This document shows, one piece after another, positions 53,086 to 63,288 of a DNA stretch of 64,000 nucleotides (position 1 is its first letter; each line of letters starts with the position of its first letter). This DNA comes from Sphingobacteriaceae bacterium (GTDB lineage: Bacteria; Bacteroidota; Bacteroidia; Sphingobacteriales; Sphingobacteriaceae). The notes under the pieces are model-generated. The model saw nothing but the letters and a program-made list of their open reading frames with translations, was not told where the DNA came from and searched no databases. The position numbers and the translations under genes are program-made. The DNA is taken from the NCBI GenBank assembly GCA_947479815.1, contig CANKAT010000002.1:4291-68290 (forward strand), given 5' to 3'.

Positions 53086-54192
53086 TTAAATGCCTGGAAA
53101 CCATTTTTCGGCATTTTTACGATATATTTTATCTATCACCTCTTTTGGCAATTTCAATCCTTTAATTTTCTCCTTAAAGTCAGTAACATTCATGTCATCA
53201 TCGGTCACAAAGTATCTCCAGTCACTAAGTCTGCGTTCATGAATCCTTTTTTTATACTCTGCAGGATCAGCATCTTTACCTACCCCATTATCCGTAGCGT
53301 AAATTAGTCTATCCTGGTATTTAACCATGAAGTCATAAACTTTTTGCCTGTTATTTATAGTTTGATACTGTAAATGACAAATACGCTCGGCCATATCAAC
53401 TGCCATATTTGGAAATTTATCCAGACGCTTTGCTAATTCATCAACATCGTATTCAAGGCTTCCTAAGTGAACGCCCACAAATCTGATATTGGGATGTTTT
53501 TCAAGCATTTTATCACGCGCATCCACCTGATCCTCATAAGATGGGTATTCAGGATGGAGATACATATGATATTCAGGATGCTTACTAAAATAGTTTTTGT
53601 CGCCAGATACTGTCATTTGATCGACTGGAAGCCAGGCATTCTTTGGTTCTCCCAAATGTCCAACAAGAGTAATATTACTTTTCTCAATAAAATCAAGAAC
53701 TGGGTCAATTCTTGGATCATTCACCATCACAAATTTTCCATCTTTATCACGAAGCTCCATCCCAATATTCTTCCAAATCTTGACACCAATTGCGCCTTTT
53801 TCAAAAGAATTTTTCAAATAAGCAAGGGTTTGAGGTAGCCATTTATCTGTCCCCCAGTTATTTACATCAAAAGTGGTGGCGTAAGCTAGTTGTTCAGGGT
53901 AGGTTTTGATCATTTCAAGTGCTACATTTTGCTGAACCTCAGCCGGGTTCTTAGAAGTAGGATGAACATTAACCGTTAAAAGTTTGAAATTATCTGCCTT
54001 CGCTAAATTAATGAAGGCGGTATCGTAGACATTAATATGTACATGGGTATCGTATTTTTCAACCGATTTAAAATCATCGACGCTATAAAATTCTGCGGTT
54101 GAATTATCTTCTGAAGAAGCAGTTTTTTGAGTCTGAGTACAGTTTTGAAATGAAATACTCAGAGCACATAGAATGAGAAGTTTTGTTTTCAT
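53086..54192 (-). CDS. Amidohydrolase-2 family lipoprotein
   Basis: Lipobox-like FQNC; DTHVH, VKIWK, VHLGS, YATD. Confidence 0.85.
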   Translation of the reverse strand: MKTKLLILCALSISFQNCTQTQKTASSEDNSTAEFYSVDDFKSVEKYDTHVHINVYDTAFINLAKADNFKLLTVNVHPTSKNPAEVQQNVALEMIKTYPEQLAYATTFDVNNWGTDKWLPQTLAYLKNSFEKGAIGVKIWKNIGMELRDKDGKFVMVNDPRIDPVLDFIEKSNITLVGHLGEPKNAWLPVDQMTVSGDKNYFSKHPEYHMYLHPEYPSYEDQVDARDKMLEKHPNIRFVGVHLGSLEYDVDELAKRLDKFPNMAVDMAERICHLQYQTINNRQKVYDFMVKYQDRLIYATDNGVGKDADPAEYKKRIHERRLSDWRYFVTDDDMNVTDFKEKIKGLKLPKEVIDKIYRKNAEKWFPGI

Positions 54193-54218
54193 AATTAATG
54201 GGAATATAGTTAATGATA

Positions 54219-55457
54219 TTAAATTTTAATAAATATTTTTTTCTTGTACATCCAGTATAAGATTAGCCATTCGAAGAATAAAACTAGTCCGCCGCTAACC
54301 AGGGTTGAGTAAGCTACTCCAAAAATTTGATCGAAGTTTTTACCCAAATGAATATAAAGTGAGTCATTGATCAGATTTCTCATCCCGCCATCAGCAATTA
54401 CATAGGCAGCAATAGAATTTACCCCGATCACCATTAAGAAAAATGAACTCTTATGCCTTCCCTTTACATCAATCAAACCATAGAACATCGCCAGGAACAG
54501 GAAACAGATACCTCCACTAAAAATAGTCCAAGCAGGGGTCCAAATACGTTTCACAATTGGATTCAGCCCGCTAACATGCAGTACTATTCCAAAAATTATC
54601 AAGGCAATGCCAGCAAAAATGAAGGACTTGAGTTTTTTATTTGCCAGTATAGATGAATTTAAAATATTCCCTGCAAGTAATCCAAGGATCATTGTACCCA
54701 GTGTTGGGATAAAGCTAAGCGTAGAATATCCTCCCTGATTAAAAAGAAAAATATTCTCACGTGGAAATATATTCATAAACCACTGGTCAAAAGCCCATGC
54801 AAAGTTTGTATTCTTATTCCAATGCGCTGCAAAGCCAGTCAAATTATGCTCCCAGTTTGCGGTTACCCCTGCCGATGCATAATCAAAGCCAGCACCAGGT
54901 AGAGGATAAAGAGCAAATGCAAGAGCATAAGCAAATAAAATAAAAATCAAGGCACCAATTTGCACTCTTTGAGAATAAAGTGAAATGATGACAAGGAAGG
55001 TATAGCCCAAGCCAATCTGGGTTAAAGTATCTTCAAAAGTAAAATTTGTTTGTCCGGAGTGCATTGAACGCAAAAATATTCCCAGGAATATCAAAATGAA
55101 TGAGCGCTTGATGGTATGTCCTAATATATTTTTAAAGCTTGCCCCTTTATTTTTCCTGCTTGCAATAGAATAAGGTAATACTACGCCGACCAAAAATGTA
55201 AAAGATGGCTGGATCATATCGTGCAAACTCAGCCATATCCAGGGAACATGACTTTGGTGAAAGGATATGAATTCCCAGAATTTGTTTCCAGGCAATGCTT
55301 TTGAAACATCCGAAAGAGATAGTACCTCTGCCATCATAAGCAGCATCACAAATCCGCGATAAATATCAACAGATGCGACACGGTTTTGAGGCAATGCCGG
55401 ATTAACTATTGATCCTGAAACAGGATGAGCCTCATGTGGTAATTCTGTTTTTTGCAT
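54219..55457 (-). CDS. HGSNAT/NagX-like transmembrane acetyltransferase (DUF5009-like)
   Basis: RVASVDIYRG, H..W.....DMIQPSF.F.VG, TLTQIGLGY, PIVKRIWTPAW, G.NSI..Y; about 11 TM segments. Confidence 0.85.
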   Translation of the reverse strand: MQKTELPHEAHPVSGSIVNPALPQNRVASVDIYRGFVMLLMMAEVLSLSDVSKALPGNKFWEFISFHQSHVPWIWLSLHDMIQPSFTFLVGVVLPYSIASRKNKGASFKNILGHTIKRSFILIFLGIFLRSMHSGQTNFTFEDTLTQIGLGYTFLVIISLYSQRVQIGALIFILFAYALAFALYPLPGAGFDYASAGVTANWEHNLTGFAAHWNKNTNFAWAFDQWFMNIFPRENIFLFNQGGYSTLSFIPTLGTMILGLLAGNILNSSILANKKLKSFIFAGIALIIFGIVLHVSGLNPIVKRIWTPAWTIFSGGICFLFLAMFYGLIDVKGRHKSSFFLMVIGVNSIAAYVIADGGMRNLINDSLYIHLGKNFDQIFGVAYSTLVSGGLVLFFEWLILYWMYKKKIFIKI

Positions 55458-55478
55458 ACTTTATAAATTTAGATCAAA

Positions 55479-56588
55479 TTAATTCTTTTTGATTATACTA
55501 ACGGTACGTCCCAGCCAATTTTCAGCATTTTTCAAATAGATCTTATCAATAACCGTTTGGGGAAGCTTTAAACCATTAAGTTCTCCAAAACCGGCTAATT
55601 GAATCCTAGAATCAGTGGCAAAGAATATCCAATCCCGAAGCCAGGAATCATGAATAGTCTTCTTTAATTCTACAGGATTTGCATTTGCATTAATTGCCTT
55701 GTCTGTTCCATAAACCAGTCTATCCTGATATTTGATGAAAAAATTTCGAGTTTTTTGCCTGTCATTTAACGTATGAAGCTGTAAATTACTTATGCGCGAC
55801 AGATCAACACGCATATTGGGGTATTTATCTAATCGCTTTGCCAATTCATCCAAACTCCATTCAAGACTACCGAGATGGGCGCCAACAAACTTAAGATTTG
55901 GTTGCTTTTCGAGTAAATTATCCCTAGCCCTAATGTGATCATCATAGGATGGAAATTCAGGATGTAGAAACATATGATACTCGGGATGAGAACCATAATA
56001 CGACTTGCTGAAGGTCATTTTATCGAGGGGTAACCAGCAATCTCTGGGCTCTCCATTATGGCCAATCAAAGGAATCCTGTTTTGTACAAGAAAGCTAAAA
56101 ATAGGTGCAAGCCGGGGATCATCAAGCATGACAAATTTTCCTTGCTCATCACGAAGTTCCATACCGATATTCTTCCAAATCTTTACCGCTTTGGCTCCTT
56201 TTGATAGAGAAAGTTTTAAATCCCTGATTGTTTTTTTAGCCCAATCCTTTTTATCAAAACCCTTTACCGAAAAAGTGGTAGCTATCTCCATTTGAGCAGG
56301 GAAATTATTCAAATGCTGAAAAGCGATTTTTTGCTGCTCAGTCCATGGCAAACCAAAGGGACGATCGTCAACAATATCCAGAAACTGAAAATTATCTTCC
56401 TTAGCCAGTTCAATAAATGAAGTCTGATCTGTGTTGATGTGAATATGAGTGTCGAACTTTTTAACTGATTTAAAATCTTCAACTGTGTAATAATTTTCTT
56501 GAATAAGCACGGAATTCTCTGCTGAATTGATTACTCCAAATGGAACTAAAAGAATACTCAGTACAATCAGGACAGATTTAATAGTCAT
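55479..56588 (-). CDS. Amidohydrolase-2 family secreted protein (paralog of 53086-54192)
   Basis: Signal peptide; DTHIH, VKIWKNIGMELRD, AHLGS, YGTD. Confidence 0.85.
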   Translation of the reverse strand: MTIKSVLIVLSILLVPFGVINSAENSVLIQENYYTVEDFKSVKKFDTHIHINTDQTSFIELAKEDNFQFLDIVDDRPFGLPWTEQQKIAFQHLNNFPAQMEIATTFSVKGFDKKDWAKKTIRDLKLSLSKGAKAVKIWKNIGMELRDEQGKFVMLDDPRLAPIFSFLVQNRIPLIGHNGEPRDCWLPLDKMTFSKSYYGSHPEYHMFLHPEFPSYDDHIRARDNLLEKQPNLKFVGAHLGSLEWSLDELAKRLDKYPNMRVDLSRISNLQLHTLNDRQKTRNFFIKYQDRLVYGTDKAINANANPVELKKTIHDSWLRDWIFFATDSRIQLAGFGELNGLKLPQTVIDKIYLKNAENWLGRTVSIIKKN

Positions 56589-56888
56589 TTATCGCTTATT
56601 CAATTAAGAGTTTCAATTCTTTAAATTAAATAAAACATTCGGAATTCAAGCTTTTTCATTCTATTCAGGGAATGGTTTTATGATTTTTATTATTCTGCTA
56701 ATCTTTATGTTATGGCTACAATGATGTTGAGCGTTCACGATGCGCTAGAAAAGGAGTATAATGAATTCGTTCATTTTCTTACAGCCAAGCTGTATGAGTT
56801 GGGTAAATAAATGTTAAGACAGGTGGCTGAAATGGCAGGAATGAGAAAATGGGGTTTTACTTTCGGCCGGCATTGGTTTCTTAACCGT

Positions 56889-56920
56889 AAAAAAAGGCCG
56901 AATACTGTTGTATTCGGCCT
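56889..56920 (-). terminator. Intrinsic terminator of the RND operon
   Basis: Minus strand reads AGGCCGAATAC-AACA-GTATTCGGCCTTTTTTT. Confidence 0.85.
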
Positions 56921-56988
56921 AGCTCTACAAATTTTAATAAAGTGGTAATACTATAAAACCAATAAGGGTCTTCTAGATCTCCAAGAAA

Positions 56989-58416
56989 TTAATTCCAACC
57001 TCCTCCCAAAGCCTTATAAATATTGACTTTGGCGCTCATCTGCTTCATTTTTATTTCGATTTGTTGCATTTTTGATTCCAGGGCCTCCCTTTGAGTTAAT
57101 AATACCTCCATATAATCTGCCCTAGCTGAATAAAAGAGATTGTTTGATATCGTAATCGATTGCGTTAGTATTTCAACTTCTTTCGACTTTGTTTCATAAC
57201 TCTTAGCGTAGTTTCCAATTCTTGAAAGCTGATTTACTACTTCAATATGTGCATTCAAAATTGAACGCTCGTAATTATAAACTGCCTGTATCTGCTGCAG
57301 GTTAGCATTAAAATAACTGGCCTTAATTGCGTTCTTGTTAATTAATGGAGCTACCATATCACCTGCCAGATTGTAAAGAATTGATTCAGGTTTAACAAGG
57401 TAAGCAGGATTGAATGCACGCAAACCTACACCTGCGGTCAGCCTAAATGATGGATAAAAATTTGCTTTTGCAACTTGCACATCAATTTTTGCAGCAGACA
57501 ATTCCAATTCAGCTTGTCGTATATCCGGACGGTTCACCAAGAGTTGCGACGGGATACCGCTCTGAATAATGTCAAGCTGACTGCTATTAAAATCTGCTGA
57601 ATTCCTAATAATGGGCTTTGGAAAACGACCCGCTAAGAAGTTGATTCTATTCTCGGTTTCGATGATCTTTTGCTGAATTTCATACTGTAAATTTATTGTA
57701 TTGAGTAGTTGCGCATCAAACCTATTGACAGCCAATTGAGTAACTTTAGCAGCATCCTTTTGAAGCTTCACCACCTTGAGAGCATTTGTTTGGAGCTCTA
57801 TGTTCTGTTGAATAATAGCCAGTAAGTTATCAAGGGCCAGTAACTCATAATACGATTCAGCAATTTCTGCAATGATATTGGTCACCATAAAGTTTTTCCC
57901 TTCGGTAGTAGACAAATACTTCAGCACTGCAGATTTTTTTGCATTGCGCAGTTTATTCCAAACATCTAGTTCCCAGGAAAAGTTAGCACCTGCAAAGAAA
58001 TCACCTAGGTATTCATGACTTTTATCGGGATTATGTTTCCAATCTTCCTCTGAAATACCATCCCAGGTATATTGACTGGCTTTGTCAGGACCAGCTCCAA
58101 TACCCAGATTCACAAATGGCAGGTATTCACCTTTACGAGTCATGATTTCATTCTTGCTCATCTCAATTTCCTGCAGGGTTATGTTCAGCTCCTGGTTATT
58201 CACCAAGGCGGTATCAATAATTGCATGCAGATTAGAATCGCTAAAGTATGCTCTCCACTTAATGCTTTTGGAGTTCAGTGTATCCTGCGAATTTTGGTAA
58301 GCCTGAGGTACCGATTTACTTTCCTCTTTCCCGCTTATAGCCGGCACTTTACAGGCACCAAGCCATACAATAAAGAATAGGAGGATAAGGTATTTAACTG
58401 TTATTATCTTTTTCAT
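56989..58416 (-). CDS. TolC/OprM-family outer membrane efflux lipoprotein
   Basis: Lipobox LGAC; SWELDVW, LLVNRPDIRQAE, YKALGGGW. Confidence 0.93.
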   Translation of the reverse strand: MKKIITVKYLILLFFIVWLGACKVPAISGKEESKSVPQAYQNSQDTLNSKSIKWRAYFSDSNLHAIIDTALVNNQELNITLQEIEMSKNEIMTRKGEYLPFVNLGIGAGPDKASQYTWDGISEEDWKHNPDKSHEYLGDFFAGANFSWELDVWNKLRNAKKSAVLKYLSTTEGKNFMVTNIIAEIAESYYELLALDNLLAIIQQNIELQTNALKVVKLQKDAAKVTQLAVNRFDAQLLNTINLQYEIQQKIIETENRINFLAGRFPKPIIRNSADFNSSQLDIIQSGIPSQLLVNRPDIRQAELELSAAKIDVQVAKANFYPSFRLTAGVGLRAFNPAYLVKPESILYNLAGDMVAPLINKNAIKASYFNANLQQIQAVYNYERSILNAHIEVVNQLSRIGNYAKSYETKSKEVEILTQSITISNNLFYSARADYMEVLLTQREALESKMQQIEIKMKQMSAKVNIYKALGGGWN

Positions 58417-61400
58417 TTTTATTTATGATTCGTTTGATAATTTTTTTAATTCGGCTAGTTAGAGCACTTTCAGATCCACTGTCCACAAAATGTTCACTCA
58501 GCGGATTTTCATCTTCATCTTTAATGAGATGTTTACCTTCCTGTATTTTGCCGAAAATATAGTAAAGACCCGGTACCACAATAACTCCGAAAACAGTACC
58601 AAATAACATTCCGCCTAAGGCTGATGCACCAATGGTGTGGTTACCTACCGCACCCGGACCAGTTGCAATGATCAGCGGAATTAAGCCCGCAATAAATGCA
58701 AAGGAGGTCATTAGTATTGGACGGAATCGGGCTTTTGCACCTACAATGGCAGCTTCCATAACAGTAGCTCCCTTGTTGTGTTCCTGAACAGCAAACTCAA
58801 CAATCAACACGGCGTTTTTACCAAGTAAACCAACTAACATAATAAGCCCAACCTGTGCATATACATCATTCGCTAAGCCCATCGTTTTTAACAAAAGGAA
58901 TGACCCGAATATTCCCGGAAGAATAGAAAGAAGCACCGCAAAGGGCAGAAAAAAGCTTTCATATTGCGCGGCCAGAATTAAATACACAAATAGTAAAACT
59001 ACCAGGAATATGTAAAGCGCCTCATTTCCTCTTTTTGCTTCATCGTACGAAAGCCCTTCCCAGGCAATGTCATATCCTCTCGGCAAAGATTTCTTTGCCA
59101 CTTCTTGTATAGCTTTAAGTGCATCACCTGAAGAGTAACCTTGGGCTGGTACTCCATTAATCAAAGAAGAGGTATATAAATTGTATCGCGATATCTCATT
59201 GGGCCCTTGAGTTTTTTTGATTTTCAAGAAAGCCGAGTAGGGAACCATTTCATCGTGATCATTTTTAATAAACATATTCAAAATGTCGGATGGTTGCTTC
59301 CTGAACTCCGGACCGGCCTGAGTGTACACTTTGTAATAGTTATTGAAACGTATGAATCCTTGCTCATAAGTACTTCCAATCATAATGTTCAGGTTTTCCA
59401 TTGCTGCACCCACTGAAACCCCCTTTTGCATTGCCAATGCATTATCAATAAGTAATTCGTATTGCGGATACTTGGCAGAGTAAAATGCAAATAAACCATT
59501 CAACTCTTTTCTTTTTCTCAATTCCGCTACAAATTCCTGATTTACCCTATCAAACTCCTGATAATCTACATCACTACTTTTGTCAAGTAAGCGCAGCGAA
59601 AAACCGTCAGAAGTTCCATAGCCCGGTACAGCAGGAGGTTGGAAGTATTCTACAATAGCCGGAAGGTCTTTTGTTTTTTCTTCCAGTTCTTCCACTATTT
59701 CTTTTACAGAATGTTTTCGTTCAGACCAATCTTTTAAGTTGATCAAACAAGTTCCAGAATTAGATCCGCGACCTTCAGTAAGAATTTCAAAACCTGCAAG
59801 AGAGGTTACCGATTGAATGCCATCCACTTTCTTGGCAATTTGCTGTAGCTTTCTTGCTATCTCATTGGTTCTTTCAAGTGTAGTTCCTGGTGGCGTTTGA
59901 ATGATGGCATATACCTGACCCTGATCCTCATTGGGGATAAATCCTGCAGGAAGTATTTTGTTTATGCCAAAAATTCCAAAAGCAAATGCAATCAGTATGC
60001 CGTAGGTAAGCACTCTGCGGTTAACTATCAGCTTGAGCAGTTGAGCATATTTTTCGGTAATTTTTTCGAAGCCTTTGTTAAACCAGTCAAGAAAGATACT
60101 TATGGGTGTTTTTCTCTTTGGTTTTCCATGGGTGTTCTTCAATAAAATTGCACAAAGTACGGGCGTAAGCGTAAGAGCAACAAGCCCCGAAAGCACAATG
60201 GCACTGGCCATGGTTAATGAAAACTGTCGATAAAGAACGCCTACTGGTCCTGTCATAAATGAAACAGGAACAAAAACGGCAGTCATTACTAAAGTGATGG
60301 CGATAATAGCACCGCTTATTTCTCCGAGTACTTTTTTCACGGCATTAAATGGCGATAAATTTTCTACTTCCATCTTAACATGTACCGCTTCTACCACCAC
60401 AATGGCATTATCTACCACAATACCTATAGCTAAAACCAGCGCAAACAGGGTTACCAGGTTTATGCTTAGCCCAAACATTTGCATACATGCAAATGTGCCG
60501 ATTAATGAAACCGGAACTGCCAGAATAGGAATAAGTGTGGAACGCCAGTCACCCAAAAAAATAAATACCACCAGCGCAACCAATATAAATGCTTCAAGTA
60601 AAGTATGAAGTACTTTTTCGATAGAGGCATTGACAAATTTTGAAACATCGTAATTGATTTCATAATCCAATCCAGGAGGAAAATCTTTTTTTAATTCTTC
60701 TAGTTTTGCTTTTACCTCCTCAATTACCTTATTGGCATTAGATCCAGAATTTTGTTTTAGCACAAGCGAGGCGGAAGGATACCCGTCTTTGTTTGAGTAA
60801 ATATCAACGAATTCGCTGCCTACCTCTACTTTGGCAATATCTTTTAGTTTAAGTATTTCGCCCAGAGGATTTGCACGAACAATGATCTCCTCATACTGTT
60901 CCGGTTTATTATACCAGCCTTTATAAGTAAAAACATACTCCTGCGATTGTGCAGTTATTCCAGAACTCAACCCCACTCTTCCTGGTCTTGCAATTACACT
61001 TTGTTCTTCAATGGCTTTTAAAACATCTTCTGCCGAAATTTTGTAAGCCCTCATTCTTTCGGGGTTTAACCAAACGCGTATAGCGAAAGCGCGGCTGCCT
61101 ATCGCTTCGGCATGACCCATTCCACTTATTCTAGCGAGTTCGGGTAAAATGTATGTATTGGCATAATTGAATAAAAATTTTTCATCAGTATTTTTCTTGG
61201 TACTGAAAAGGTTCAAATACATCAACATACTAGGTTGCAAAGGCTTTATAATCACACCTTCTCTTTGAACCAATGGAGGCAGGTTGGTATATACTTGATC
61301 AACTCTTGATTTTACTCTGGCGGCTGCAATTGTCGGATCAGTGCCGAGTTCAAATACTACATCAATACTTGCCTCGCTTGCACTGGTTGCATCTGATAAC

Positions 61401-61633
61401 ATGTACTGTACTCCCTGAACACCATTGATTTCCCTTTCCAAAATAGTTAAGGTTGATTTAACCAATAGATCGGCATTAGATCCTGGAAACTCAATGAAGA
61501 TTATAACCCTTGGAGGTGCAATATCAGGGAATTGAGCTACAGGCCTTGTATACATTGCCAACAGTCCCACGAAAACTATTCCAAGGGATAAAGCAATGGC
61601 AAGTACCGGGCGTTGAATAAATTTATTAAACAT
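58394..61633 (-). CDS. RND efflux permease (HAE1/AcrB-like)
   Basis: FIQRPVLA, FPDIAPP, AIGIVVDNAIVVVE, GKNAVLIVEFA, RFRPILMTS; 1079 aa. Confidence 0.95.
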   Translation of the reverse strand: MFNKFIQRPVLAIALSLGIVFVGLLAMYTRPVAQFPDIAPPRVIIFIEFPGSNADLLVKSTLTILEREINGVQGVQYMLSDATSASEASIDVVFELGTDPTIAAARVKSRVDQVYTNLPPLVQREGVIIKPLQPSMLMYLNLFSTKKNTDEKFLFNYANTYILPELARISGMGHAEAIGSRAFAIRVWLNPERMRAYKISAEDVLKAIEEQSVIARPGRVGLSSGITAQSQEYVFTYKGWYNKPEQYEEIIVRANPLGEILKLKDIAKVEVGSEFVDIYSNKDGYPSASLVLKQNSGSNANKVIEEVKAKLEELKKDFPPGLDYEINYDVSKFVNASIEKVLHTLLEAFILVALVVFIFLGDWRSTLIPILAVPVSLIGTFACMQMFGLSINLVTLFALVLAIGIVVDNAIVVVEAVHVKMEVENLSPFNAVKKVLGEISGAIIAITLVMTAVFVPVSFMTGPVGVLYRQFSLTMASAIVLSGLVALTLTPVLCAILLKNTHGKPKRKTPISIFLDWFNKGFEKITEKYAQLLKLIVNRRVLTYGILIAFAFGIFGINKILPAGFIPNEDQGQVYAIIQTPPGTTLERTNEIARKLQQIAKKVDGIQSVTSLAGFEILTEGRGSNSGTCLINLKDWSERKHSVKEIVEELEEKTKDLPAIVEYFQPPAVPGYGTSDGFSLRLLDKSSDVDYQEFDRVNQEFVAELRKRKELNGLFAFYSAKYPQYELLIDNALAMQKGVSVGAAMENLNIMIGSTYEQGFIRFNNYYKVYTQAGPEFRKQPSDILNMFIKNDHDEMVPYSAFLKIKKTQGPNEISRYNLYTSSLINGVPAQGYSSGDALKAIQEVAKKSLPRGYDIAWEGLSYDEAKRGNEALYIFLVVLLFVYLILAAQYESFFLPFAVLLSILPGIFGSFLLLKTMGLANDVYAQVGLIMLVGLLGKNAVLIVEFAVQEHNKGATVMEAAIVGAKARFRPILMTSFAFIAGLIPLIIATGPGAVGNHTIGASALGGMLFGTVFGVIVVPGLYYIFGKIQEGKHLIKDEDENPLSEHFVDSGSESALTSRIKKIIKRIINKNEKDNNS

Positions 61634-61667
61634 TATTTTCTTATTTATTTATTTATTGGTTCCTAAT

Positions 61668-62753
61668 CTATTCAGCATGTAAATTGTTTAGCTCAGCTAG
61701 TTCCTTCGTAAAAGAAACAAACTCATAACTTATCTTCTCATTGTTTTTCACTTTGCCTATACCTTCTGCAAGAATTTTATCGTGTACACTAAGACCTGAA
61801 GCAACAACGTAGATGTGAGGTAATTCCTGCTCAATAATGACTTCTTTTGCCTTCAAGATGTTATTTTTATCAACGACGTACACAAACTTTTTATCTAATA
61901 CATCAAATGTTGCCATTTGTGGAATAATGATTGCGTTTTTGAGATTAATTAACATCAGTACATTTCCGGTTCCGCCATGGCGGAGTATGCCCTTTGGATT
62001 TGGGAATGTTGCCCTAAAGGCAATGTTTCCTGTTTCATTATTAAAATCGGCTTCAATGGTTTCTACTACCCCTGGAACATCAAACTGTTCATTATTGGCC
62101 ATTTTGAGGAGAACATTTTTTCTACTCTCTGATTTTGGGTTTTTAACATAATCGAGATATTCAGCTTCCGGAACATTGAAATAAACCCACATTTTACTAT
62201 TATCAGAAAGGGTAGTGAGCAATTCGCCTTCCTCAATTAGGCTTCCTATGCGCTTTTGAAAACGATCCATAATGCCATCGAAAGGAGCACGTATTTCGGT
62301 GAACCCTAAATGAGCCTCAGCCAAAGCCAGCTCAGCCTTCGCCTTGTCGAGTTTGGCTTTCGCAAGAGCTAGTTCATTGCTTGATACCACATTATTGTCG
62401 GCCAGACTTTTGGTGTTTTTGTATTCGATCTCGGCAAAATTCATTTCTGCTTTTGCTTTCGCTACTTCGGCCTGATAAATAAGTGGCATGATTTTAAACA
62501 TGAGCTGGCCTTTCTTTAAGAATTGCCCTTCGTCGACATAGATGGTCTGAAGAAATCCTCGTTCCTGGGATCTTATTTCAATATGATTAATAGATTGAAT
62601 CTGACTTACATACTCTTTATAAATAAAAGTATCTCTTTGAACAGGGCTAGTCACTAAAAAGTTAGTTTCCATTTCCTTTTTATGCTCCTGGGTAGTACAG
62701 CTTGAATAAATTAATAGTGATAACAAACAATTGAGAATGAATATCCTCTTCAT
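61668..62753 (-). CDS. RND periplasmic adaptor (MFP) lipoprotein
   Basis: Lipobox YSSC; lipoyl halves, alpha-hairpin, IRAPFDG, ETGNIAFRA.FPNP. Confidence 0.93.
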   Translation of the reverse strand: MKRIFILNCLLSLLIYSSCTTQEHKKEMETNFLVTSPVQRDTFIYKEYVSQIQSINHIEIRSQERGFLQTIYVDEGQFLKKGQLMFKIMPLIYQAEVAKAKAEMNFAEIEYKNTKSLADNNVVSSNELALAKAKLDKAKAELALAEAHLGFTEIRAPFDGIMDRFQKRIGSLIEEGELLTTLSDNSKMWVYFNVPEAEYLDYVKNPKSESRKNVLLKMANNEQFDVPGVVETIEADFNNETGNIAFRATFPNPKGILRHGGTGNVLMLINLKNAIIIPQMATFDVLDKKFVYVVDKNNILKAKEVIIEQELPHIYVVASGLSVHDKILAEGIGKVKNNEKISYEFVSFTKELAELNNLHAE

Positions 62754-62862
62754 AATAATTTTGATTTAAGTTAAAAAACAAGAAAATCTAGCCCGCAGAT
62801 CAGCCAAGCAGATAAGTTTTCTGCACAAGATATCCCGCACAGAAGAAATAATGAGAAATTAA

Positions 62863-63288
62863 CTAATAGAGAAAGGTGCGCCAGGCGTGGTAAAGAATGA
62901 AAAGAGGGACTTTAGCCTGTTTAAAGTTTAAGTTTGAAATTGAAAGAAACGAATCTGATATGAATGACTTGATGAATGCGGGTTCAAATGAACAGGTCCA
63001 GTAAAGTTTACTTTCATCTTCTTCCTTGTCCTCATTCAGCCAATCCTTTTGTGCCGTTTCAAATGGCAGATGAATAACGTAATGGTCAGTATTAGATAAA
63101 GCTTGAACATTAATGCTGGGAGCACTCTGCTCAACCCGATTACTCCCCGAGGAGGTAGCGGCAAGAATATTAGTTTGACCGAAAAAATAAAATAGTACTA
63201 AAAAAGCAAGTATACTGTGATTCAGTTTTGAACCCAAGGATAAATGAAATTGACTATTAAATTTTAAATTCTTGATTTTAAAAACCAT
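62863..63288 (-). CDS. Hypothetical small protein heading the RND operon
   Basis: Hydrophobic segment, acidic patch EDKEEDE, C-terminal PLFILYHAWRTFLY; preceded by the -7-like TACTTTCG. Confidence 0.55.
   Translation of the reverse strand: MVFKIKNLKFNSQFHLSLGSKLNHSILAFLVLFYFFGQTNILAATSSGSNRVEQSAPSINVQALSNTDHYVIHLPFETAQKDWLNEDKEEDESKLYWTCSFEPAFIKSFISDSFLSISNLNFKQAKVPLFILYHAWRTFLY

Noticed and set aside
56855..56890. Possible distal att copy of tRNA-Leu(CAA) (TCGGCCGGCATTGGTTTCTTAACCG) that would make the RND operon an island
   Set aside because: Only patchy similarity requiring gaps, and no integrase; not distinguishable from chance
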